Counted from the first letter of the whole stretch, positions 35,469 through 47,866 are shown. The stretch is 63,983 nucleotides of DNA, filler included, from Folioceros fuciformis (GCA_049999805.1; 13 parts of 13 records of this genome joined end to end with filler, not necessarily neighbours in it), one strand, 5' to 3'. The notes: generated by a model not told the origin, from the sequence alone. Translations and numbers: made by a program.

Positions 35469-38400
35469 GCTTGTAGTATTGGACTCCGGATTCTCAAACT
35501 TGAATTTGGGGGGTTCTTGTGCCGGGGATAAGCAATCTTTGACGTTCTGCTGGAAGGGGTTGCCACTGATGTAGTGGGGCTTCGGGACCAGTCACCCGTT
35601 GCAGTAGCAGGACCAGGGTGGTATGGTTGGTTGGTTGGTGGAAACCATTCTTTGACACAGTTGAAGTGTCGCGAGCTCTGCTGTTTAGTGAAGGTCGCCA
35701 AGGGGGACAACGACTTTACCAATTTTAAGCAATTTTGATAACCCAGTCGTTGCTGAACATTCTTGCAGCTTCTAAAGTTTCTAGGTTTGGACACGAGGTT
35801 TGGACTCGGAATGTTGCGTACTGACCTTTGAGACGTGTGTTGACTGTGTCCAAGGAGGTCCCAGACCAGCTCTTTGTACATTCTCGGAGCGTGATCCAGG
35901 CCTCCTTACAACCGATTATTTGTTGCAGGTCGGTGTAGTGGAGGAACTAGCAAGGTGTACGTGTGACATGGACGCCGAAATTGAAGCTTTGCTTTACGGG
36001 CATCCGTTCTCTGGTTCCCAGCATGTGGAAGATAGGGCACGCAGCCGCCCACTTGTTCAGCAGTGTGTTGAGTGGAGAAATCATCGTGGTAAATGTTTGG
36101 AGTTGGGAACCCTTGTACCCTGCTAACCGCAGCGTGGCAAGCATGGTGACGTCTACCCGTAGATGGCAGTGCTACACAGATTGAGGAGGCTCACCGGTCT
36201 TGTCATACATTGAGCTTTGGGTTTGCAAGGTGTTCCAATTGTGGATCTCGGTGTCATTCCCGGGGGGTTTTTTTTCTTCTCTCGTCTCAATCCACAGCTC
36301 CTCCGTGAAGTTGAATGCGATGTGCATCATCGCCGCTAGCTAGCACAGTAGTTCTTCAAACACAGGCGCCAATGAGTCAACTATTGTACAGCAATGTGGT
36401 CGGGCAGGCCCTGTTGCGTAGCAGCTCCAGCCCCTCGTCCTCGTCCTCGTCCAGGCAGGATGAGTGGTATCGTCAAGCTCTTGGTAGTCAGGGATTGCAC
36501 ACCTACTCATACCAAAAATTGAATGCAATGCTGGGATGAGAGTGTCAGTAAAGTAAAATGCGGAGATGGATTGTCGGTCAGTTTACCTTGCGACAAGTTG
36601 CAGCAGCTCAAGGGGAAGTGGTCACTGTGTCCTGTCAGTAATGATCAGGGATTTCACTTGGCTTGGCTTCGCTGACATCTTCAAGGTGACAGAATATGTG
36701 TGGAAATTCAGGTGCCAAGGGAATTGGAAGCAGCTACATATGCACATAGGTGGCTCATGTTTGCGAAGACGTGGTAAAACAGGGCGTGCTGGGTATGGCT
36801 GTGAGCTCATCGGAGTCGTCAACTATGTCGTCTCTGTGTTGTTTGAAAACTCCATGGAAGGAGTCAAATGCAATCAGGATGGGTCCCTACGCCCCTTGTT
36901 CCAGGCAAAACATCCAAACTCGAGAATCTGTGAATGGCCAGGAAACCCCAGCTCCGTTCATTCACATCCGTGCGGTGCTGGGCTGGTGTGTGGTGAGTCC
37001 CAAGANNNNNNNNNNNNNNNNNNNNNNNNNNNNNNNNNNNNNNNNNNNNTTAATTAATTAANNNNNNNNNNNNNNNNNNNNNNNNNNNNNNNNNNNNNNN
37101 NNNNNGCTACTGATCTAGCTCCTAGCCCCGCTCCTCCATCCCGCATCCTGATCCCGCTCCCTCCCCTTTCCCCAAGTAAGGTGTTTTTTAGGGATCGTAT
37201 ACGGTCCGTATACTTACACCCCCCTTGTATTTTATACGGTTTAGATACGTATACCCGTATTCCGTAGAAGGTAGTGGTGTCATTGTTAGTTGCTGGTGTT
37301 GGTGCTGGAGTGAGAGAGTGAGTGAAGTGAGTGAGGGAAGTCGCAAATCTAAAAATCGAAATAGCACCGAATGGAACCGGTTTGGAACCGCCACCCAAAA
37401 AAGCCATGTTCACATAGGTTTACGGTTAGGTCTCATAACAACTGCCTATGTGTTTTCTTAATAACCCTAGATTTAATAAGATAAATAACCTTAGGATTAT
37501 ATGCTCCTTTACTCCCTCTTAGACGAAATGGGCAGTAAATGTAGTATCAGAGCCGAAGGACACCACGGGTTCAAGCTGAACAGGCGGGCGTTATTATGCG
37601 CTCAAAACTGATTAGCTGGCCTCCAAGGATTGTGCTCTCTACTCCACAAACGCCTAGTTGTTGTAATTATGCTCCCTTGCTGCCATAAAGGATGGCGTTC
37701 CCATGCTCCACGTTCTAGTGTCTAAGGCTCGTGGGGATTGTTGAAATATTCATCTTCTATGTAACCTACTTCTTGACGCGACTCTGGCAATCTTGCTCGC
37801 ACTGCTGCATACTGATGGACGCCATGGCGAATGGCCTTGAGTGCCTCCACTGTGGCAAACCCTGGCTCCCAGCGTCCACATTCACGCCAAGACAGTGGAT
37901 TCTCCACTCCATCAGTTGCGAGTATCTTCCTGTGGACATTAACAGAAACAAGACCAAGGAAGAGGAGATGGCTCTACTGGAGGTGAGGACAAGAGCTGAC
38001 GCAATGATGCTCTGCCGCGAGACTAGAATTGAGGTCTGGCATACCCCCCGGTGTGTGGCCTTCCCTGTGACTAAAGTTGAAAGGAGACTGAGGATCACAA
38101 AAGAGGAGTACAAGGATTTGATGAAGAAAGCCTTCCCGCGTGAAGATGGGGAGCATGACTACTACTACCATCACGTGATCAGTGAGGAGAGTCTTGAGCA
38201 GGTAGAGAAGAAACAAACTAGCATTCTAATAGGAGCTCCTATAATACAGGATGCAAAAAAACATGCTCCTGGAATTGTTTTAGGTATTGACAATAGTAAG
38301 CAAGTTGACACGACGATTGCATGTAAGTTGTAGCTTCATCCTCCCGCATCCCTACTCTTCTGTCCTTTAACACAACATCTCATCAACAAGTTGTGAGGCT

Positions 38401-38549
38401 AACCCAATTATGCTTGCCTCTCTACTTATAGCTCTTCTTGAGTAAACCAAGAAAATCGCTGCACTTTTGGACAAGATCAAAGAAGAAATGGCAAAACAGG
38501 GTTACCTCAAGCATGAGGACTGATGCTGCAAGCACTTTTTAGTGTGCCT

Positions 38550-40758
38550 TACCTTAAACTGCTGAGGCTAGGACCTCATGTAAACCACTTGTTGAGGAAT
38601 GTTTATGGTGCAGTGGCTTAGATAGTGCTTTAGTCAGCAAATCGGCAATGTTATCTTCTGTAGAAATGTAGATGACCACAACTTCACCTACTTCATGATA
38701 GAGTTATTGCAGATTGGTTATCACACTAGAATTGAGTAGCTCCTGGAGCTAGCTGTTGTAGCCCCTTGAGGAAAGATCTAATCTAGATTACTTCTCGGGC
38801 TGCTTGTGACAGTGCTCCATATTCTACCTCAGTCGATGAAAGACAAATAGTTGTGAGTTTCTTACTACTCCAAGACATAGCAAAACCACAAAGTATATTG
38901 TAGTATGCAGCAACACTTCGACATGTATCTAGGTCACCAGCCCAATCATCATTGCAATACGAAACCAAACACAAGCCCATAGGCTGTCTCTTATATTGCA
39001 AGCCATGCCTAGCAGTCCCTTTCAAATAACGAAATTCGCTTCACTGTAGTCCAATGAACCTCTCCAGGGTTCTCAAGAAACTGAGACACGTTGCTGATAG
39101 CACGGGCTATATCAAATTTAGTCCAGGCAGCTAAGTAAATTAAACATCCGACAACCTGACGATAGGGTCGCTTACTCATCTCATCTTTGTCTGCCTACGT
39201 GACTGGGTAGTCTTCGTTTGACAACTTCTCACCTGTGGCCATAGGTGTGGCAACAGGTCTATAGTCCTCCATGTTGAACCGCTTCAAGAGCTACTACACA
39301 AAGTGCTCTTCGTGTATGTGTATGCTGTGGCCAAAGTCATCACATTGAAATTGCACCCCAAGTGAGAAAGTAAGTTGTCCTAAGTTTGTCATCTTCAAAA
39401 CGTGCTAACAGAACCTTCTTAATTCTATCCATCAAAATAACGGAAGTACAGAACAGGAAATTATCATCTACATAAATAGAAATGATCATAAAGTCATCTT
39501 GGTCCCACAAAATATACACACCAGTGTCAGTTGCTAAACAAATAAAGCCAAGTTCTATCAAGAGTGAATGGAAAGTTTCATTCCAGGCTCGCGAAGACTG
39601 TTTAAGGCCATATAATGTCTTCAACAACTTGCATACTTTCCTTGTGTCCACAACATAACCTTCTGGCTGGGCCATATATATTTCCTCTTCTAGGGATCCA
39701 TGGAGAAAGGCAGTTTTAATGTCAAGTTGGTGCACAAGTAAACCATATTGAGCTGCAAGAGCAAGTAAGATTCTAATAGAAGAGCCTTTAACTACAGGTG
39801 CAAAAGTCTCATTGTAGTCAAGTCCCTCAACTTGGCTATAACCCTTTGCTACTAAGCGAGCCTTGTATCGACCAATTATCCCATCAGCATTAAACTTCTT
39901 CTTAAATACCCATTTGTAGGCAACAGGTTTCCTTCCCTAAGGTAAATCCACAAAAGTCCAAGTGTAATTGTCAATAAGTGAATTGTACTCTGACTCAATT
40001 ACTGCCTTCCACTGCTCAGCTTCAGGGCCTGTAATGGCTTCCAAATATGTAGAAGGTTCTCCTAATGAAGATGAGGGTGGAGAGGCAAGTTGGTTCTGTT
40101 TGGGAGAGGTGTGTGCAAGGCCAGCTACATAGGGAACTTAGCCCACTCACTCATAGGACCCCTAACACGAGTAGAACGCCTAAGAACAGATGTAGAGGGC
40201 TAGTATGTTAGAACAAGGTCTAGAGGATCAGGCTGGTCAGGTGATCAGTCAGTAACTGAGGGATGGTCAGATGAGGGATCAGCAGCTTTTGAGACAACAG
40301 GCAAATCTGCAAGTGGAAAAGAAGACTCATCTGGTGAAGCAGGAGACTGTGCAGGAGGTTGTGGTGACTAGACAGGATCTTGTGGTGCTGCAGAGATGAC
40401 TGGTGGGGAGCTACCCCCTGAAGCCGCAGGATGTGAATCTAGCTCATATACATCAAAGATAGTTACATCTGAAGGATCAAGGGAATCGTCAGTATCATCA
40501 ACACCATGAATGGAAGGAACTGGAAGGGAAGATTTTGGCTGAAGAGTGGTTTGGTGACAACGAAGAAGGGCATCCTTATTAAAAACAACACTGCGAGAGA
40601 AGGAAACTTGACGAGTGTGAGGATCAAAAAGCTTATAGCCTTTAACATCGTTAGAGTAACCAACAAAAGTGTGTCTAACTGCCTTGGGGTCTAGCTTAGA
40701 ACGCAGAGTAGGAGGAATGAGGGAATATGCAGGAGCTCCAAAAACTCGAAGATGGGTA
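38550..40758 (-). mobile_element. Degenerate Ty1/Copia pol 3' part
   Basis: HLRVFG...KLDPKA...KGYKLFDP; HQLDIKTAFLHG; LYGLKQS; YVDD; WAGDLD...SSTEVEY; multiple stops and frameshifts. Confidence 0.95.
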
Positions 40759-41402
40759 TGGCGGCAAAACCCCGGGCACTGATTGCCCACGGGTTCCACC
40801 TTTAGTGGCCACACTTATCCCACTGTCGTTGAGACATTGGGTTTCGTTCCCACGAAGGAGCGAGGGGGTTCCTTGCTGTTGTGGATGGAGGGTCGGACTT
40901 GATCGACTCGATGACGGATTCGAGGGCTCCCCTCCAGCTCCGATCAGGCATAGGACAGGCCTCGCTGTCCGGCGGTCAGCTGCACCTCTCTCGGTGCCCA
41001 CAAACTCACTCTAGTCACTACAACGACTCTAACCTCTCAGATCTGCGACTTCCCTCACACACTTCACTCACTCTCTCACTCCAGCACCAACACCAGCAAC
41101 TACCAGCAACCAGCAACGACACCACTGCCTTCTACACTTCCCTACTGATTCCTCCTACTCAGCAAGAGTCACTAGACTAACCCCAAACAAAAGGAAGAAG
41201 GGAACACACTCCCCTCTTGGATATCTCCTCCCCACAACCTTACCAGACGCCATGAGACACGGCCGGCCTACAACACTTGACCAAGCAAGGAACAAGAGAG
41301 GACAGGTCGAGAGAAAGACACACCCTTTACAATCAAGAGCTAGGGGCAAGCCCCTTCACCCTGGTCATTACACCTTGTGATCCTACCAGACACTATACAA
41401 CC
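40759..41402. mobile_element. LTR-like sequence starting TGGCGGCAAAACCCCGGG, nested in Copia; runs off the contig
   Basis: Sharp TG boundary against Copia coding sequence; terminus shared with 29317-29378; internal part shared with 37264-37350. Confidence 0.7.
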
Positions 41403-41502
41403 NNNNNNNNNNNNNNNNNNNNNNNNNNNNNNNNNNNNNNNNNNNNTTAATTAATTAANNNNNNNNNNNNNNNNNNNNNNNNNNNNNNNNNNNNNNNNNN
41501 NN

Positions 41503-42270
41503 CGACCCACATCGTATGATCTTACTGCGACCCACATCGTATGATCTTACTGCGACCCACATCGTATGATCTTGCTGCAACCCGCTATGACAAAAACGTG
41601 AGTGAGCTTACTGCGACCCAAATTGTGAGTGATGGTCTTGCTGCAACCCGCTATGACAAAAACGTGAGTGAGCTTGCTACGACCAAATTGTGAGTGATGG
41701 TCTTGCTGCAACCCGCTATGACCCAAAACGTGAGTGAGCCTCCTGCGACCCAAATTGTGAGTAAGGTTGCTGTGACCCAAATCGTGAGTGAGCTTGCTGT
41801 GACCCAAATAGTGAGTGAGCTTGCTATGACCCAAATCGTGAGTGAGCTTGCTGTGACCCAAATAGTGATTGAGCTTGCTATGACCCAAATCGTGAGTGAG
41901 CTTGCTGCGACCCAAATTGTGAGTGGTGGCGGCCCAAATTGTGAGTGGTGGTCTTGCTGCAACCCGCTATGACCGAAAACGTGAGTGAGCCTACTGTGAC
42001 CCAAATCGTGAGTGAGCTTGCTATCACCCAAATCATGAGTGAGCTTGCTGAGACCCAAATCGTGAGTGAGCTTGCTGTGACCCAAATCGTGAGTGAGCTT
42101 GCTGCGACCCAAAAGTAAGCTTGTTGTGTGCGTGCTGGTATCCAAAACGTCAAGAAGTGAATTTGCTGTGACCCAAAACGTAAGCTTGCTGTGTGCGTTT
42201 TGGTATCCAAATCGTGAATTTGCTGCTACCCAAATTGTGAGCTTGCTGTGAGATAGAACCCAATTGTGAG
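41503..42270. repeat. Minisatellite array, core 27-bp unit gacccaaatcgtgagtgagcttgctgt with 25-bp and compound variants
   Basis: More than 20 degenerate units; ORF translations show 9-aa periodicity. Confidence 0.95.
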
Positions 42271-42344
42271 GGCGGTCCTCCAGGTATGGAGAAGAAGCTT
42301 GCTATTTGTTCATTTCTTGCTTCTGCCGTGACATTGCCAACGGC

Positions 42345-43630
42345 TTTGAATTTTATGGAGGGGCAACCCAAAGGGCTGCATCAGCTATCAGCTTACTTGA
42401 ATTCAAGAGAAGTTACCATTATTAGGATTTCAACCATGATGGTCCTCTTATCTAAGCAACAATTTTCATATTGTCCCGGAAGAAACGTGAGATTGGGATA
42501 TTTACATTAAGGGTAGATGCTTAGCATGGTGGACTTTGTTCCAGGAAGCTACTTGGCATCAAGATGATCCTGAACGATTCCGTCAATTTTTTAGATTGAT
42601 GCCCACAACTTTCACTTACATTTGCAACTTGGTGGCTATTGATCTCACAAGAAAGACTCCGGCACCTCTAAGGCAAATCTCAAAAATTGGTGGTAGACAT
42701 TCAAGTAGCCCTAGCATTGAGCCCTAGCTACAAGAGACACTTTAAAGTATGTCGGAGAGTTGTTTGGATTAGTTGAATCAACTGTATCAAAGATTGTATG
42801 GCGATTTGTTCGAGCAATAAATAGGAGAGCCAGACATCTCATATCTTGGCCACAAGGAGAGACACTTGCAGCCACTAAGGCTAAGTTTGAGGAGCACCAA
42901 GGTCTGAAAAATCAAGGTTGTGCTGCTATTGATGTTACATATGTGAAGATTGAGCTTATGTCAAGAGAAGTGGCTACAGACTACTTCGATCGAAATCACA
43001 ACTATAGTGTCTGCATTCAAGGTTGTGTTCATTGTGAGATGCGTTTCCTGGACGTCTTTGTGAGATGCGTTTCTTGGACGGTTTCTGGACGACTTTGTTG
43101 GATTTCCTGGATCAGTGAACGATGCAAGAATACTGAGCAATGCAAGCTTGTATAAGAAAGCATTACAAGGTGATATCTTAAATGGGGATTTTGTGATAAT
43201 GGGAAACTTCAGCATCCGCGAGTATATTATGGGTGATGCAAGATACCCATCATTCCCTTGGCTCCTTACACCCTTCCTTGGAAGTCATATATTTGCCAAG
43301 AAAGATTATTTCAATTTCAAACACTCCTCAACACGTATGGTAGTTGAACGAGCTTTTGGAAAGTTGAAAGGTACATAAAGGATGTTGAGTAGGACTATTT
43401 GGAAACCAGACATGGACAGAATGTGGGCAATATTACTTTGTTGTTGTTACCTATACAACGTCCTCATCAATAATGGCGACTTGTCTACAGACAATGAAGA
43501 CCATCCTCATGATGTTCGATATCGAACTGTTTCGTGTTTAGCCATGGATGGAGATGGTGATAGACTTCGACAAAATATTGCTAGAGTCCTGTGTTCCAGC
43601 CATCAAGCAGCACAGGACATGAGTTCCTAA
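42345..43630 (+). mobile_element. PIF/Harbinger transposase pseudogene
   Basis: FRQFFR...TF.YIC.LV; CAAIDVT; GSVNDARIL; YIMGDARYP; FNFKHSSTRMVVERAFGKLKG; stops plus a short tandem duplication near 43034-43090. Confidence 0.9.
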
Positions 43631-43714
43631 ATTAAATACCTACAGTAGTTTATCACCTATCTTGCTCAAAGCTTTGCCAATTTTCATGAAAGCGATACAA
43701 AACCCTCACAAATT

Positions 43715-43835
43715 TGATTTTGAGATTGTATGACAGTCTGGTTGTGGGATTTTGAGATTGTATGACAGTCTTGATTTTGAGATTGTATGACAGTCTGGTT
43801 GTGAGATTTTGAGATTGTATGACAGTCTGGTTGTG
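43715..43835. repeat. Tandem repeat gattttgagattgtatgacagtct(ggttgtg), 4 copies
   Basis: Seen directly in the sequence. Confidence 0.9.
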
Positions 43836-44064
43836 GTGCATCATGCAGTCATGCTGCATCTCATGTCATGGTGGTCTGCATCAAGTCTAGGTTGGCCTTG
43901 TGCCTCTTGTTCTTGTTAGCTTTTGTATCCCATAATTAGGTCCCCAGTTTTGTATCCCACAATTGGGTCCCCAGACATAGGGGAAAAAGAATACTAAGAA
44001 TTGTGATTCATGGTTCAACCCAGGAACATGTTTTTGTTCATTGGTACTTCACATGTGTTTTTTT

Positions 44065-45360
44065 TCATTGGTACTTCGTTTTGGAGGACAACATATCTAC
44101 CTGATGCCACATAGCCTGGAATGTAAACTTCCATCCCAATATACCTATAGCATATTTATGTTTATGCACTCCTAGGAAACTAGGGTGAGCAGTAGGTACG
44201 TAAGAGGGCGAACCCGGGGTCCATTGCATGAAGGATGCATCTGAGCAAGCCCTCGACGCAAGTCGGCAACATGAAAACGACTGTACATGGAATTCAGACA
44301 CAGAAAATGCTCACAGTTGGATCAGGGGATTATTTGATTCTGCAGGGAATCGACTTTTGCCAAGAATCAATTCCAAGACCTTGGGGAACTCCGCCATCTG
44401 ATGCAAACGATAGCAATTCGTGAATATGTACGCGAAATCCAAAGTCAGTCGAATATTAACATCTTGCGGGGTACAAGACACGCCAGGGACCCAACATATG
44501 GTAAACATGGACACTTACGTACACACCCATAAGGACCTTTCAGACATCGGATTCCTACTCCTATCCTTCCGACCGCTAAACCTTCCTAGCAATGCAATGC
44601 AATGGCGGTGCAAACTCACAACTCGGCACCAGGATATAAACATCGGAGCCAAGAAAAGCAGAGGAACCAAGCGTCGGCCCCCATTGCACGCTTGTACCAA
44701 CTCCAGAGATCACTCAGTAGGAATTCACACCGCCCGTGCAAAGAGCGAGAATCCCCGTCCCGTTCGCGATCGCTGGTGCCTCAAACACTGTAAACCCGTG
44801 ACAAGTGTACACAGCAACGCCGCTCAAGATCAAACATCCCTCACAGTCAACATCTGCTGCATGATCTGCTGCTCCATCTCCTGGTCAATATACTGCTGAA
44901 GCTGCTCCTGAATCTGGCGCTGTATCTCTTGGTTGATGTGATCTTGAATTTGGCGGTTGAGGTCGTCGTTGATGAGATCCTGCAGCTGCTGCGACACCGG
45001 GTCCGGGTAGTAGCTTGCCATAGCGCCTTGGCTCTGGGGCGAGCTTCGCACCTGCTGCGCCGGCTGCTGCGAGATCTGCAGAGTCCGAGGACCCCTGCTC
45101 CGGTTCCGACGCAACCGATGCGCCCGCAGTCTCTGATCCCGCGACTGGTCCTCCTCTAACAGCTCCAAAATCCCCCGGTTTTGCGCCGGACCGCGGTCGT
45201 CGAGATGGCTGTGCGCAAGGCCCCGGATAAGATCCTCCACCGTGCTCTGTTGTGCACTCGCAGACGCAGAAGCCGCCGCCGCCGCCGCCGCAGCCGCAGC
45301 CGCAGCAGCTCCCGCTGCCCCTCCGCGGCGCCTCTCCTCCGCTTTAGAGACCCGACCCAT
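44065..45360 (-). CDS. Putative multi-exon, divergent DUF789-like gene or pseudogene with A/Q-rich first exon
   Basis: Collinear fragments FLLSDLWSWY, YILVPS, RNPMSER, SMFTICWVP and IGILGWKF resemble DUF789 blocks. I could not assemble a clean frame. Telo-box aaaccctaa at ~45448. Confidence 0.35.
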
Positions 45361-46378
45361 GTCGTCCTCGCCCTACGCCCGCAAGAGAGGCACAAGCAGG
45401 AGCTGCCAACACTGAAGTGCAGAGAAGTAGTCGCCGTGTTTGCACAAAAACCCTAATTTTTGGTGCTCTAGTGAGCGAAAGGTTGCTGTTGGGGGGGGTG
45501 ACAGGCAGCCATGGCAACGACCCCGTGTNNNNNNNNNNNNNNNNNNNNNNNNNNNNNNNNNNNNNNNNNNNNTTAATTAATTAANNNNNNNNNNNNNNNN
45601 NNNNNNNNNNNNNNNNNNNNNNNNNNNNTAACTAAATTGATATACATATTTAGCACATAATTGTATAAACTTATGTTTTTCTTGACAAAATCTATGTTTA
45701 TGAAAGATAAATTCCCCTAAACTCATACTATTTATGCACTTCATGCATATTAATTAATGCTTGTTGATGGAAGCTACATTCCATAGACCATAAGCGTTTA
45801 ATGGGTATAACACTTAGGTAAACATGTTGTCATAAGCTTCCCTATTTTGTCTATATTAAAAATAATTCACACAAGAAACTTAACAATTTTAAAATTTTTG
45901 CTGTAATATGATGTTATTTTTCTATAAAATTTATAATTAGAAGTAAAAATATCTTTCTACATTTATTATTGAATGAAAAAAATATTGATCTTAAAATTTA
46001 AATTCTAATATAAGTTTTTATAAAGGTAACTATATATATATATAAGTACCTTTAACTTCTGGCCAACTATTGCATGGACATGTTGAATGCGATATTTTTT
46101 ATTTTTTGTTTTGTTGAACTTACCAATCTTATCCAAAAATTATTAATTACATTTTTCCTTGCATTTGTGAATTGGATTTTGTTGAATAGTACCCTATTCC
46201 GGGTTTGGTGTATAGGCTTTGGTGAGTAAAGTGATATACAATTGCCTTGATATTGGTTGATATTTGAGATTAAAGAATGTAAGAGATTTTGAACTTATCT
46301 CTATGTAGGTTACAGGTGAGACGGAACCAAAAAAACATTGCTTAGAGGTTGTTCATTTTGTGATGTATCATGAGGCCC

Positions 46379-47866
46379 CTATAATGTATCATGAGGCCCT
46401 TGTAACATGTCATGAGGCCCTTGTAACATATCATGAGGCCCTTGGAGATTCCACTCATATTGTACATTTGCTGTCGTGGGATTACTAGGATTCGCACTTA
46501 TAAATTCATTAAAACTCCAGTTCATTGGGATAGGTGGAATCTGGAAATCAAGTGGCGGACCAGGACCAGGACCAGGACCACTGGGCACATCTTGTTGTGT
46601 CCCTCCAATTTGTGTATCACTAAAAGTGGTTTGTGGCTCATTTGTTGAAGGGTCTTGCTGTTGATAGTTCATGGGATCCATTTGATAATCCATTGTCTGC
46701 AAGTCACTCATTTGCCCTAATGGTTGAGCCGTATTATAAAGATTATTGGGTAAGAGGTTTGGACTACTTGGTAGCCCACCTGGACTAAATAAGGGGAGGT
46801 TTGGACTCTTTGGTGGGAAGTTTGAGTCATTTTTTGGGCTGTTTAGTACCAGAGCTGCGTAACCTAACACAGATTGTGGACTAAGTGGAGTGTGGTTTGG
46901 ACTTAGTGGATGGAGGTTTGGACTACTTGGGGCAAGGTTTGAATCGACTTGTGTCTGGTCTGAACTACCTGGAGGGAGGCTTGGACCATTCAAAAGCATG
47001 TTTGCACAATTGAATTTGGGTTCTGGACTATACTGCGGTGAGCTCGGATAGCTTTCAGGAGGGCCATTAGGACAATAACCTGCATACTTTGGTGGGTGCC
47101 GACGCCTCATTTTCAATGGGATACCCCATTCATTGCAGTAAGTCCTAAAAAAGCGAACTTTTCCTCTCCAAAACGATATGGGTGCAACATTCCAGAACTT
47201 ATTAAGAAAAAACTCCTTATAGTAAATACACCCATTATTCTTATCACGAAACAAGTTTGGTCGAGCACTGTTATCGCAACAAACTCCGGATCTCACCTCA
47301 AAATCAGTATCACAATAAATATTATATTCTGCTAGTTCCAACTCTTTGTCAGGGTACCGCTGCACATAAAATGAAAAATCAAAATAAGGTAAAACACTAA
47401 AAGTGAGGGGACCATTTCCGTCACACACAATGTAGTTCCTTCTTTCTTGGCCATCAAAATCATACCACACAAAAGGATATATCTGATGGCCTCGTTCATC
47501 TGTTTTGATGGAATAGTAGTCGCTTAAATGCTCCAGGGCTTCCTCATGTTCGGCTTTCTCAAACTTAAAGTCTGGGTCGTACATGGAAATGTAGAGCTTT
47601 AGAATTTGAATCTCGTTCTCAAATCTCTTCTTCATGATCAAATAGCTATCGCAAGCATGATACAATGACGCAATTGCTCCTGTGCAACCATACACCCGAT
47701 CAAACTTTCGCGCAGTCGAATCATATAGCATGGACTCCACCAGCGCCTCCTTAAACTTCCTCGGTAGCTTTTTCAATCCCTTTGTCATACTCTTGAAGCC
47801 ATACCATTCATGAAGATAAGAAAACCTTTTGGCCTGTTCAGGATCTGGATAGAACCATTGCGCCCA
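46379..47866 (-). CDS. Divergent LOB/LBD-domain protein with long C-terminal extension; 5'-truncated at contig edge
   Basis: Frame open to the edge: WAQWFYPD..QAKRFSYLHEWYGFKSMTKGLKKLP...EALVESMLYDSTARKFDRVYGCTGAIASL aligns to LOB FAPYFP..KF..VHKVFGASNV.K.L..LP....AV.SL.YEA.AR..DPVYGC.G.I..L. Confidence 0.8.
   Translation of the reverse strand, partial: WAQWFYPDPEQAKRFSYLHEWYGFKSMTKGLKKLPRKFKEALVESMLYDSTARKFDRVYGCTGAIASLYHACDSYLIMKKRFENEIQILKLYISMYDPDFKFEKAEHEEALEHLSDYYSIKTDERGHQIYPFVWYDFDGQERRNYIVCDGNGPLTFSVLPYFDFSFYVQRYPDKELELAEYNIYCDTDFEVRSGVCCDNSARPNLFRDKNNGCIYYKEFFLNKFWNVAPISFWRGKVRFFRTYCNEWGIPLKMRRRHPPKYAGYCPNGPPESYPSSPQYSPEPKFNCANMLLNGPSLPPGSSDQTQVDSNLAPSSPNLHPLSPNHTPLSPQSVLGYAALVLNSPKNDSNFPPKSPNLPLFSPGGLPSSPNLLPNNLYNTAQPLGQMSDLQTMDYQMDPMNYQQQDPSTNEPQTTFSDTQIGGTQQDVPSGPGPGPGPPLDFQIPPIPMNWSFNEFISANPSNPTTANVQYEWNLQGPHDMLQGPHDMLQGPHDTL

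Noticed and set aside
35963-36720. Coding-like fragments downstream of RPL23a
   Set aside because: No family recognised and no consistent exon chain could be built.
37541-37575. Degenerate tRNA-iMet PBS (tagtatcagagcc), possible TRIM remnant
   Set aside because: Mismatched and no flanking direct repeats could be identified.
40759-40776. TGGCGGCAAAACCCCGGG as a primer binding site
   Set aside because: No convincing tRNA 3'-end match, and it is preceded by Copia coding sequence rather than an LTR; better read as an element terminus.
41547-42210. Repetitive ORFs (HSKLTHDLG)n
   Set aside because: Translation artefacts of the 27-bp repeat, open in several frames.
41503-42270. CRISPR-like regular array
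   Set aside because: Head-to-tail units with no unique spacers, no cas genes, eukaryotic context.
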